Source: Chrysochromulina tobinii (taxonomy: Eukaryota). From it: a DNA stretch of 58,045 nt. The DNA is taken from assembly GCA_001275005.1 (NCBI GenBank), contig JWZX01003265.1, positions 1-58,045 on the forward strand. Reading direction: 5' to 3'. Shown here in pieces: positions 42,525 through 53,703 of this stretch. The first letter of the stretch is position 1, and each line of letters begins with the position of its first letter. Below the pieces are notes generated by a model, which was given only the letters and a program-made list of their open reading frames with translations, was not told where the DNA came from and searched no databases. The position numbers were made by a program, and so were the translations under genes.

Positions 42525-45500
42525 ACAACGGCGCACGTGCCCCAATGCCAGCACCGAGCGGTGCGGATAGCAGCGCGGCAGTGAGTTCGCGCATCCGCCT
42601 GGCTGGTTGGCAGCTTTGGCTTCGGAACAGCCGACCAGCCGCGAAACGCGCAAATGCAGAGAGCCAGGGTGCAGATTCCGACGCGCACGCGAGCTCTGGC
42701 AGTGCAAGCGCCTCTGTCGACGAGGATGGGGCGCAGGACGGGCTCCAGGGCGATGGGTACTCGCCGGTGCACGTGTCGCACTCGCAGCAACAGCAGCTCC
42801 GCCAATGGATGGATCGCGCCGGCGTGCTCCACGCCGAGACTGATGAGGTGGCTCGACAAGCTCCTGCGCAGTGGAAGCTTCAGTTAAATGTGCATGCGGT
42901 GCGTGTCCGTCTGCAGTGGGATTCCGTGCTGCTCGACAGCACCCAGACGATCTCCCGCCTTCCGGCCGGCCTCGTGCTGGATCTTGGCATGCTGGAGCTC
43001 GGTGAGCAGTCTGATCTCGCAGGCAGTGCTTCGAGCCATCTGACCGTCGGTTCATTAGCACTCAGTGCACAAGCCTACGAGACAAGCGAAGAGTGCTCTC
43101 AACGGACAACGTACCCGATCATCAACGCCTTGGCGTCTGCGCCGCGGGCACAGACGGCTGCAATAGTTGTGTCTCAACGGTCGTGGCCAGCAACAGTGGG
43201 CGAATGGTTACCTGAGAGTGCTACTATGAGAGCTGGCAGCAATGCCGGCTCGCAACTCGATGTGAGCGTGATTCCTATTTGCGTCAACGTGCAGCCCGAG
43301 GTGGCTCGCGAGCTCCTCGATTTTGTCGACCGGTTCGGACTGGCGCTCGAGGCACCGTGCGGCCCACTGTTGGCAGAGCCGCCTCACAATAGCTCGTTCG
43401 CCCTCAAATTGGGCTCCTCCATGATGCTCTTGCCTTGCGAAGGCCATGGCATCCTGCAGCTCGACACGGGCCAGCTGGAGCTGCAGACGCGCGACCTGCC
43501 CGCCACATCAGAGGATCCTCAGCATGACGCTCAGCATGGCGCTACCTTCGAGGATTTCCAACGCGATGTTCTACCACAACACACGCGAGTGAAGTTCTTG
43601 CTTCGCAGTGTGTCTCTTCGTTTGCGAGAACGTGGACCCGCAGGCCACTCAGAAGTGCGGAGCCTCATACATCCCTTCACCGTGTCGCTGGTCATGATGA
43701 GGGCCGCAGATATGAGAACAGAGCAACTCACTGCACGCGTATCGGCGATCAAGTTGCAGTGCAACTTGATGGACCTTATTGACGTGGGAAAAGCGCTACG
43801 CGCGCTCACAGGAGAGCCGTTGCAACTTGGGAGCTCAGCAGGAGTCTGCTCGCAACCGGCCAAACAACCGCCCAATCTAGGAGTGATGCAAGTTAGCGCC
43901 ATGCCTGCGGCACAGCGTGCTTACAACGTGCAGCTCGAAGGGTTCCATGCGCGTGTTTCGAGCCTTGGTCTGACTGCTGCCGTCGATGTGGACGAATTGG
44001 TCGGCACGGCATCGGGCTCTTGGAGGGGCGCGGGACTGGAGAGCGCCGCGGCGCAGCTAACAGTAGCACGGCTTGACGCGGACCTCGGAATCTCAAGTGC
44101 AGATGCTGGTTCGCTGCATCTGCGTCTGCAGGGCATCGTATGCTCTCATTCGCAGAGGTTCACGCAGACGGAGAGCGAAGCCAGAGTCACCTCTGCTCGA
44201 GCCTTCATAGCCCGAACAGGCTGTGCAGAGGAAGCGGCTGCTTGCACACTGACGGGCACTCCACATACATCTGCAATAGCCGTCTCGATGACAGTTGACA
44301 GCTTGCTTCAAGATTTGAGCTTGACGTCACATGGTGTCGAGCTGGCAGTTGCCGATGCAGAGACGTGCGTCAGGCTGGCGGACAGGCTCCGTTGCTCATG
44401 CCTTGAGGTGGTGCGCCAATTCGATCATGAGAGCGTCGCCGTGGGCCTAGCGACGTCTCGTCAACAGGGCCAGGCTCGCCAAGAGGGCCAGTCGCCGCGC
44501 TTGCAGGCGCTCGCGGTGCGAGCCGACCTTGGTGTTTTTTTGCTGCGCTTCAGTATGGTGTCGAACCTCAGCTACCCGCAAGGTGCAGGCACAGTCTCCC
44601 TGGGCATGTCCAACTCGTTCGGCACCATCCTACTCGACCGCGTTGGTGGCTGCCAGTTTGAGGTCCTGGTGCAGGAACTGCACGTGCTCAGTGCAATTCC
44701 TCACGAGAATCCGTGCATGCTCTTGCACCCGGCTCGACTCTATGCAAGTGGTAGCATGCCGCTACTTGTGTCGTCCTCGCCGGGCATTCTGCGAGTGGAC
44801 TTGGGCGAGCTGCTCGTTGAGCTCACGCAGGTGCAACGAGAGCAGTGCAGCCGCGCTCTGGCCGTACTCGCCAGTGCCAGTGAATTGTGGGAATCAACAG
44901 TTCCGGCTGCCGATGCGGCCGTCGCCCCCCCTGCAAAACCCTTTCCCAGCTTCATCCTCCACTTCAGCGTGGGTCGCATCTCCCTGGATGTGCGCCCGCT
45001 GGTGGCCATACAAGTGATCCGACTTGTCTTCGATGCATCCCATCGCACGGAGCCTTTCACCGCACTTTGCAGCCTGAGCGCGGATACGTTTGCTGTGGAG
45101 CAGCCCGCGTGTGGCACTTGCTTACTGCGCATCGGTTCACGTGGCAGTGAAATGGAGCCGGCACGTATAGATGTGGTGCTAGAATCAAGTGGCACCATGA
45201 CTGTCGGTGTGATGTGGCCGCAAGTGGATCTTCACGTGTGCCCTTTCCAGCTGGTGGAGCTGGTGCCACTGGCAGTACTGCTTCGCACGGCGCTCGTCAT
45301 CGAGATGCCAGCCGCTTCGGACGCGCCGTTCGCGGTCGATTTTACCGTTGGAATGGCGCACCTCGTCATTGCTGATGAGCTCGATGTCGGCCACGCTAGG
45401 CTTCGTCTCGATGCTGCCTGCAGTGCCCAAGCATCGACCGCGGGCGGCTTGCACTTGTTGTTGAGCAGGAAGATGACTCTTGAGATCCCGCATCTATCGG

Positions 45501-48500
45501 TCGAGCTTAGGTTAGGTGACGGTCCCCATGCAGTACTGGTCTCACCTTTCTGCGCAGCCATGCGTCTCCAAAGCTGCCGTCAGCGCATGCGTGTCGTGGC
45601 CGAGTCAGCAGACCTGCTGCTACAGGCTTCTGTCGCGCAGCTGAAAGCGGTTGCAGAGCTTCTCGAGGCGACTGCTGGCGTGATGGCACGCCTTGAGCAA
45701 GCGGGCGAGCGCTCGAGTGCACGCTCGCAAATTCCGGCGACCGCACCTGTTGAAAGCTTAATGGCTAGCGACAGTGTCTCCGAGACTTCGGAGTATTTCG
45801 ACGCCCGCGAGGACACCGACGAAGCTCCAACTCATCCCGAGCCGTCGGAGTATGTGCGTCCTGTACCGTCTATGCCAGATGTGGCTGCGCAGGCGATCGA
45901 TGTGCAATGCGAAGCTCGATTGGGTCTGCTCATCGTCACATTGCTCGATGAGGTTACGTACGGCGTTAGCACTCCGGTGCTGCAGTTCACACTGGATGCG
46001 AGTCGCTCGACTCTTAGCCAGACCGGCGGAAGTGGGCTCGTGCTCAAGACCCGCCTCCAAGCTGCCATGTACCACTACTCGCGTGAGCCGTCGAGCACAG
46101 CACAGCGGTGGGAGCCTGTCCTCGCATCGTGTCGCCTCGACATTGGCATGGACACCGGCGCGAGAAGCCTCGAGATAAGCAGCTACGGTCCGATTGAGCT
46201 CGACGTGGGCACGCGCTTCCTCGGCTCTATGCTGCAGATGCACAAGCGCATACTGAGCGCAGCTGCTGCATCGGGGGAAGCCCTCACTTTCGCGCCTTTC
46301 GTGCTCAGCAACGAGACCGGCACGCCGATGGTCGTATGGATTGATGGTGACGGCGCCCATGCCGATGGCCAGGCGCTGATCGAGGTGAGCCCTGGGTCAG
46401 CGGCGCAATTGCCGGCCTCGCCAGCCCATCTACAAGCGAGTGGTCGGAAGATGCATGTGATGCTTCGCGGATTTCACCAACTTGATCTTCGCCCCCTGGC
46501 ACCTCCCTACGCTAAGCGTTGCCGACTATGGCCTGCTGGTGGTGGGGGCACGATGGACTCCGCCATCATCAACGTCTTACTGGATAGCCACGAGAAGGAC
46601 GGTGTCGAGCACTGCACCTTGTACTCGCGCTTTGTGTTGGTCAATTCGTGCTCGACGCCAACACGCGTCACTTTCTTTCCCAAGGACTCGTCGCAACAAC
46701 CTCACGAAATGGTGTTGGAGCCGAACTCGCGCCAATCGATTCCCCTCACGTGCCACCATGGATGGCTGACCATGGGAGCTCCATCGTCACGCCACGCGTC
46801 GCGAGCGTCTGATGCAGGGCGGCTCGAGGTCTCTGCTGCCGCGCTCGAGGTGGCTCGCAGCGCGATGGCCGCCATCCGCTCAGGTCACGCGACGCGAACA
46901 CCTCGATCAAGTGTGTCCTCGCCACTGTCAGCTCGATCGAACGACCTCCGCACGGCTGGGCCATCTATCTGCACGAGCCTTTGGTTCTGCGCAATGCGCT
47001 CTTGTGTGAGCTCGACTACGAGCTCAGTGAGGTCGCGCCAGCAGCGAGCGCAGCAATACTTCCAGGCCGTGTGCACGTTGGCACGCTAGCGGCAGGAGCG
47101 AGCGACCCTTTTACGCCGCGTCCACGCGGTGCGTGCTGCGCACGTCGAGGAGCGGCTTCCGTTGGTCGCAGCGCATTCACATCGACTTGAGTGATGAGGC
47201 AGTGGCCAATGCGAGCGAGGAGCATGAGCTCGTGCACGGCCCATCTCCTGGCAACGAAGGCACTGACGAGCTTTGCCTAGTATTACGCCTAGCTGGCAGT
47301 ACCGGTCTGCGAGCCGAGGTGAGCGGCCATGTATGGGTGTTCAACGAGTGCCACGCCGCCCTTCGCCTCGCTGTGCTCAATGGTCGCGCTGCGGCTATCA
47401 CGCTCGAGCCGGCCTCATCCACTCCGACCGCCAATGCCGAGGTGTCGTCCATCCCAGCTGGCGGCGTCCTTCTGCCCATGCGTGGCTCGGCGCTACCTGA
47501 GGTGTTACTGCGTGAGGAGTGCACGCATCGTCGTCCGCGGGCGGGATGCTTCGTCTCTCTCCCGGACTTACTTCGGCTTGGGGAAGAGGAACTGCTGTTG
47601 GACGTGGGTGAGGAGCGACCTTCCGCACCTTCATCGATGGCGCCATCAGCTGTCGCCTCATCGCGCTTGCTGCATCTCGGCGTGAAGCTGCAGCCTCTGC
47701 CAGTGTCTCTTGGCACGTCATTCATGCTCACTATCTCGCCGCGGACGATGGTCCTCAATCGCACGGGACGTCCACTTCTGTATTGTCAACGCGGCTGCTC
47801 CGCGCATGCGATGCAGCTCGGATGCGAGGAGGACGCGTGGGTCCCTGTGCACTGGCTGGACCCCAAGAAGCCAAGAGAGATCTTGCTGCGCCGGTTGGAC
47901 CCCGGCGCAGAGTGGTCTGGAGGCGTTTGCACGACGCTCTCCGCGACCCATGCCGAAGGTAGGGCCGAGGAAACGTTGCGCCTTCGCAACCTCGAAACAG
48001 GCGAGGTCGAGTTCTTGCGGCTGGTCTGGCACAAGCTCACCAGTCGGGCTACATCGGGCTTGATCATCGAGGAAGCATCGGCCCACGATGGTGTACCCAT
48101 CGTCATTCACAATCAAACGCGTTTCGAGGTTCGCTTCAAGCAGGCCGGAGTGCCGCTGGTGACCAACTTGGCTGCCGGCGAGCAGCTCGCGTACGCGTGG
48201 GACGAACCGACACGGCAACGCATACTCATCATCAGCGTGACTGCTTTGGCAGTTCGCTTTCGATGCGACGCGACACCTTGCCGCATCACGCGGCCGCGAC
48301 TGGCGCCGTTCTTCGGAAGGGCCGCCATCGAGCTGCACACAACGGCTCACGGGGCGGCCATCATGGTAGTCTTGCGCCATGCTTCCGCGCAGCTGCCACC
48401 GCCACGTCTCTCCGTCTCCGCCAGGTCTCCTTCCAGCCGCTCAGCCCAGCTCCATGCAGTGTCGCATCTGACCTTGTCGCCCCACATATCACAATCACCC

Positions 48501-50407
48501 CCAATCTCGAGCGACGGCGCAGTGCTGAAGAAGTGGCGCCTCCAGCTCCAACTCTCTGAGTTTGGAGCAACATTGCTCGACCACGACGCTCGTGAGCTCC
48601 TGCATCTGTCTCTGCGCGGCCTGCGCATTGGACTAGCCCACGATGCGGCAGCGGGTGGGTCGCCTCTCGTCACCTTGAGCTTGGCTCTTGCTTCCATGCA
48701 GCTAGACTGCCAACTTCCCCGGGATGCGGCGAGGGAGGAGGTGCTGCTAGGTGCAGGCGTCGCCGCTCCCGGGGATGCTGTGGAGTTAGACGTGGCCGTG
48801 GCGTTGCACGACTCCATCATAGTTGTTCAGCGTGCGACGCTCAAGTTGCAGGAGGTCTCGCTGCGGCTCGACGAGGAGGCACTCAACACGGTTGCTGCTG
48901 CGATGCTGGGCGTTGGGTTTGCAGAGAGCAACCCGATGCACGATCCCTCTCAAGTCCCTGCGGCCAGGGGAGCGATTCAGCCGTGGCCGCAGCGCTCAGC
49001 TGCCGCTAATGCTCTGCAGACCGAGCTCGGAGGCCTGCTTCGAGAGCGGCAGCAGACCAGCCAGCGACTCTTCGTCCAGAAGCTCCGTCTGGCCGCTGTG
49101 CCTCTCAAGTTCAGCCTGCAGCGCGCCTCCCGACCTGACGCAGACACCGCCACTGCTGCGGCTGATGGCGATGGCCCCTCTGATGGCCCAGCTGAGGCCT
49201 CCGTGATGCGCTGGCTGCGATGGCTTGGCATCACGCTTATTGGTCTTGACGAAGTGCCACTATCGCTACCAGAGGTCACCTTGCTTGGAGCGCTCTTGCC
49301 AGCAGAGTCTCTGCTGCTCGAGGTACAGCAACGGTACGGGCGGGCACTTTTGCAGCAAGCTTACAAAGTTCTCCCCTCTGCTGCGCTGCTCGGGGACCCG
49401 TACGGCCTGCTCCGCACCCTGCGCCAAGGGTGGCACAAGCACTGGCAGACGCTCCGGCACACTCCGTGGCCAATGGTTCCTGCTGTGGCAGTCCAGAGTG
49501 CTGCCATGCTCCTCCGTGCGGGCGCTGCGAGCTTGCTGATGGGCTTCCACAAGTCGCAGCTCGCCCTATCGAGCAGTCTTGATGGCTTGCTTTCGGAGCA
49601 GACCGTTTCCGGCGTCGAGATAGGCCTGCCGGAGGCGTTGCTCCTCGGTGTGGGTGGGCTGGCGCGCGAGACCGTCGCGGGCAATTGAGGCCATGGTCCA
49701 GCGCATCGACGAGCAATGCCCGCTACCAATACCGCCCGCCCTTCAGGCAGTGCTTGGAGTCTTCCTCGTCCCTGTCGGTTTTGTGCGAGCGGCCCAGCGC
49801 CTCGTGCTGCTGCTAACGCTCGGAACGCTGAGCTGGATGCGCACCACCACGGACGCTGTTCGCAGCTTGCTCATGCCCGCGATGACAGACACGGGTCGCG
49901 CGCGAGCGGCTCGTCCGTGTGGCGCGCCGGCTCTGTACCTTATGTGTGGTGCCACGGTGACGAGCCGAGATGTGGCGCCGGCATCCAGCGCACCCGTTGA
50001 GGATGGAGGAGTACACGGCCTCGTGTGCGCTGAGCTGCAGCATCCCGCAGGGACAGTGCTGCTCCTTACGCGGACGCGGCTGCGCTGCCTCGTCGCACGA
50101 GGGGCGCCATGCCTCTGGCGGCGGGGTGGCGCAAGGGACTGCTGCTGTCTGGGACGTGCCACTTGCCGGCCTGCTCTTGGTACAGCAGCGCGGCTGCGAC
50201 GTGCAGATGCTTACTCTCACCGAAGTCGAGGCACCCGATCAGCTGATCGCACGCCAGCAAGTGAGCACACGGAGCGAGGATGAAGCCGCACGGCTGCATG
50301 AGCTGCTACGGCTTGCCGCCCTCAACGCACGGAGCTCGCCAGGTGTCTCCACGTGCCGACTAACACCTCTGGTGAGGGCTAGTGTGCTCCTAACAAAGGA
50401 CCTGTGA
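41000..50407 (+). CDS. VPS13: VPS13-family bridge-like lipid transfer protein (~3,100 aa) split by four apparent frameshifts (~46890, 47109-47112, 49683-49684, 50101-50104)
   Basis: Chorein N (LLHPYID...GVWQGNIVL...GRVGRMQLCVPWSRL), WRYA motif, FFAT-like SEYFDARE, VAB repeats (PLVLRN, PRTMVLNRTG, PIVIHNQT...YAWDEP), ATG2_C-like YKVL...LLGDPYGLL. The downstream frames continue the domain order. Confidence 0.88.
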
Positions 50408-50688
50408 GTGTCCTGAGTAGTGTAAGTACCGGAGTTAAATAGTTTTCAGTGCGGTGATTGGTTACTTTTCTGGGTAATGCGATCGTGAACATGAACATTA
50501 CGTGTTTCGTGTCCGAGACCGACACCGCTTTCGCACACGGCTCACAGGCCCCAAAACAACAGCAATCAAGAGACCCCCTTCCCCTCCGTACCAAATGAGC
50601 AAATCTGAAATGTAATATCCTCAGGTTCGATCCAGCATGAAATCATATTCATACCCCTCTTATCACCACCAGGAAGCACTTTTCATTC

Positions 50689-53010
50689 ATGAGCACGTCG
50701 GGCATGCTTCCCACACCGTCTCGTGCTGGTGTTCTCGGAGGCAAGATGGGACCGCCACCACTGCCGTGTGCAGTGCCGCGTGCGCTACCACCAGCCGAGG
50801 CGTCGCCAGCGCCTACCACAGCGATAGATTCTGCAGCAGCAGCGTTGCCGAGCGCGCTGTCGTACACGCCGCCTCCATGGTCGGCGCCGCCCTCATCTAC
50901 CTTCACATTGGAAGCCATCAAGGACGGCTTGGTTGTAGAGGCGCTCGACGTATCGGCCCGCCCTTACTACGTGATAGGCCGCCATCCGTCGACCGCCGAC
51001 CTCGTCGTGGCACACCCCTCAGTCTCTCGGCAGCACGCCGTGCTGCAATTCCGGGACACAGGCGAGGCGTTCTTGTTCGACCTCGGCTCGACCCATGGCA
51101 CCACCATCAACAAGCAGGCCGTGCCTGCACGCACGTACGTGGCCGTGCGCGTTGGTGCGATGATCCGGCTGGGCCAATCCTCGCGAACGCTCTGCTTGAT
51201 GGGCGACGCCAACCCTGCGCATGAGTCGGACACGGATGCCGCCGCCGCCGCCGCCGCCGCCGCCGCTCGAACGGTCGCGCAAGAGCAGCGCGCCGAGCAG
51301 CGAGCGGCGCGCATCGCGGCGCAGACGGGTCGCTCTCGCGTCACCGAGTCGGACCTGCATGCCGCGGGCGCGGGCTGGGGCTTTGATGAAGATGCGGTGG
51401 ACGGCGATGCCGCGGCAGAGGCGGACGAGGACAGTCTGGGTGCGTTCAGCTTCGAACAACTCAGTGCGCAGGCGAAGGCCAAGGGCTTGCCACTCACCGC
51501 AAAGCAGGAGCGACTCGTGGAGCAGCTCGACAAGCGCGTCACCAAGATGGAACACGTCAAGCACGAGACGGAGCGTATCGCCGCTAAGGAGGTGGAAGGG
51601 CTCAGTGAGGGTCAAAGCGCTCAGATCGAGCGCAACGCGCGAGCGCTCGCTCAGCTGAGCGAGCAGGTGGAGAGCATCAAGGAGCAGCTCAGTGTGACCC
51701 TGCGCGACCAGCTCGGGATGCGGCGCATGCTCGACGGCAAGGCTGCCGAGGTGGTGGCCGAGCGCGTGCGCGGGAGCGACGACGAGTACGCCGACAGCGA
51801 TGGCGATGATGATTACTTTGACCGAACGGCGTCGCACCGCGGCCGCGGCACCGCCCACAGCCGGCAGCAGCAGCAGCCCAAGGCGGGGCCACACGCCTCG
51901 GGCAGAGGAGGCGGCGAGGCCTCTGCCGAGTCGGAGGCGAGCCTACGCGCCAAGCTCTCAGCGACGCAGGCGGAACGCGTCGAGGTGGTGCTCGCCTCCG
52001 ACGCACTCTCAGCGGAGCGCGCTGCACTCGAGACGCAGGCTGCCGCCGACCCACTCGAAGCGTACATGCTCGCCAATACGGCCGAGATGCACAGCCGACG
52101 CGCGCGCGAGCTATCGAGCCGCCTCGAAGCACTCACGGCCGACGAGGCACGGCTCCGGAAGCTCATCGCTTTTGTGGCGCCTGCTTTGTCCTCGCTACCC
52201 CCTGCCAGCGCGGCCGCTGCTGCGCACGCTGCCACGTCGCTCGCTGCCCCGCCATCCATGGCAGCCAGCACGAAACGGCCCGCCCCCATGCCTCTCGACC
52301 CCGTGCCTCGAGGGCTTCCTTCCCCTGCCGAGGACGGAAGTGACGAACGGACGTCGACAGCCAAGCGCGCGCGTGCCGCGACGGAGGCGGCAGAGTCTGC
52401 GGAGCAGGATAGCGTGGCGTCAGTTGCGGGGCCACCCAAGCCTAGGAGCGCAAGTGAGCACTTCCGCTCCCAGTACGCCGCCGCGGTCAGCTCGCTGACA
52501 ACCTCGGGTCCCATCTCGGTCGCGGCGATCGACGTCCCGGCCGACGCCGGCAGTAGCAACAGAGCTGGAGGCAACAATTATGCGGCAGACGAGGCGCAGG
52601 CGACCGGCGAAGCTCGGAGTGGCCTTGGCTTCGGAGCCGCGCGCCCAGATGCAGCGAGGGTGGACAGCGCGCGCCAAGCAATGCTCGCTGCGCAGGCGCA
52701 AGCGAAGCGCGAGGCAGCCTTGGCGCCCGGCCTGAATCTGACATCAGGCCAGCCGCTTTCAGCCGTGCACCCGCCTCTCGCTCCTCCGCCTGGTGGGCCC
52801 AAGCGCGGGCCGTCGATGCCACCGCCACCGCCTGCTGCCGCCAGACGGGCGGCGGGCGGCGCGAATCAGCAAACGGGACGGCGCGCGCACGACGAAGAAG
52901 CCCTGGAGAAGGACGCACCAATGTGCACGAGCGACGAGTTTGAATGGCGACCGCCATTGGAGCAGGATGGCAGCGGACAGACGGCGTTAAATAAAAGGCT
53001 GGGCTATTGA
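50689..53010 (+). CDS. SLC4A1AP: Kanadaptin (SLC4A1AP)-like FHA-domain protein
   Basis: YTPPPWS, FHA IGR...HPSVSRQHAVLQF...DLGSTHGTTIN, GWGFDEDA, DDDYFDRT, DPLEAYM, C-terminal WRPPLEQDGSGQTALNKRLGY. Confidence 0.9.
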   Translation: MSTSGMLPTPSRAGVLGGKMGPPPLPCAVPRALPPAEASPAPTTAIDSAAAALPSALSYTPPPWSAPPSSTFTLEAIKDGLVVEALDVSARPYYVIGRHPSTADLVVAHPSVSRQHAVLQFRDTGEAFLFDLGSTHGTTINKQAVPARTYVAVRVGAMIRLGQSSRTLCLMGDANPAHESDTDAAAAAAAAAARTVAQEQRAEQRAARIAAQTGRSRVTESDLHAAGAGWGFDEDAVDGDAAAEADEDSLGAFSFEQLSAQAKAKGLPLTAKQERLVEQLDKRVTKMEHVKHETERIAAKEVEGLSEGQSAQIERNARALAQLSEQVESIKEQLSVTLRDQLGMRRMLDGKAAEVVAERVRGSDDEYADSDGDDDYFDRTASHRGRGTAHSRQQQQPKAGPHASGRGGGEASAESEASLRAKLSATQAERVEVVLASDALSAERAALETQAAADPLEAYMLANTAEMHSRRARELSSRLEALTADEARLRKLIAFVAPALSSLPPASAAAAAHAATSLAAPPSMAASTKRPAPMPLDPVPRGLPSPAEDGSDERTSTAKRARAATEAAESAEQDSVASVAGPPKPRSASEHFRSQYAAAVSSLTTSGPISVAAIDVPADAGSSNRAGGNNYAADEAQATGEARSGLGFGAARPDAARVDSARQAMLAAQAQAKREAALAPGLNLTSGQPLSAVHPPLAPPPGGPKRGPSMPPPPPAAARRAAGGANQQTGRRAHDEEALEKDAPMCTSDEFEWRPPLEQDGSGQTALNKRLGY

Positions 53011-53299
53011 TACAATCATGCGGCTGAGCCTACATCATGTAGTTTGCGCTTGCGGTTGGTTACGCGCTGCGAGGTGTATTGCCCTATCTGCCCCCGGGAC
53101 CGGCCCGGCGGCGGAGCCGGCCGGTGAGCCGAAATGTAACCGGGGAAAATGAGGGAGCGCCGCTATAGATGAAGAGTCTACGGGGCCAAGTCAACTAAGT
53201 GTTTCCCGCCCAAATCGCCAGGGCGATTCCCGGAAGCCGGATTCCCGCGCACACGTACGCCGCGCGCGGGAGTCAGCAGCGAGAGCGGACGTCCGAACG

Positions 53300-53686
53300 A
53301 TGCCGATCCCGGAACGTGCGAAATGGTGCGTATCCGAACGCGCTGTTCACCGCGTATTCAGGCGCGGCACGGTTGATCCCGCGGCGGCTTACGTCTGGCT
53401 CGGCCATCAGGAAGCCCCCAGACGCCAGATCGAGCCCCCGCCAGACGGCCCAGCCACGCGACGGGAGCAGGCCTGCTCAAAGCGAGCCAAACGCTTCACA
53501 GGCGGGCGCGACTCCCGCCCACCCCCCTCCCCCCTCCAACTCATCTCTGACCCGCATCCCTCGAACCAAACCCCTCACGGCTGGGGCGGCGCCTGCTCGC
53601 TGCTCCGGAGTCCGGTGCTCAAGGACCTACCCGACGAGCTACCCCACGCCACGCATGGATGGCATGAGTATTGCGAGTGGCGTTGA
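53300..53686 (+). CDS. Possible small hypothetical protein
   Basis: 128-codon ATG ORF ending just before the CCDC138 stop; protein-like ends (WCVSERAVHRVF; HGWHEYCEWR), but no recognisable domain. Confidence 0.3.
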   Translation: MPIPERAKWCVSERAVHRVFRRGTVDPAAAYVWLGHQEAPRRQIEPPPDGPATRREQACSKRAKRFTGGRDSRPPPSPLQLISDPHPSNQTPHGWGGACSLLRSPVLKDLPDELPHATHGWHEYCEWR

Positions 53687-53703
53687 CTTCGTCCACTTGT
53701 CGC

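Noticed and set aside
50620..50640. GGTTCGATCC T-loop-like word (tRNA?)
   Set aside because: No acceptor, D or anticodon stems can be formed around it.
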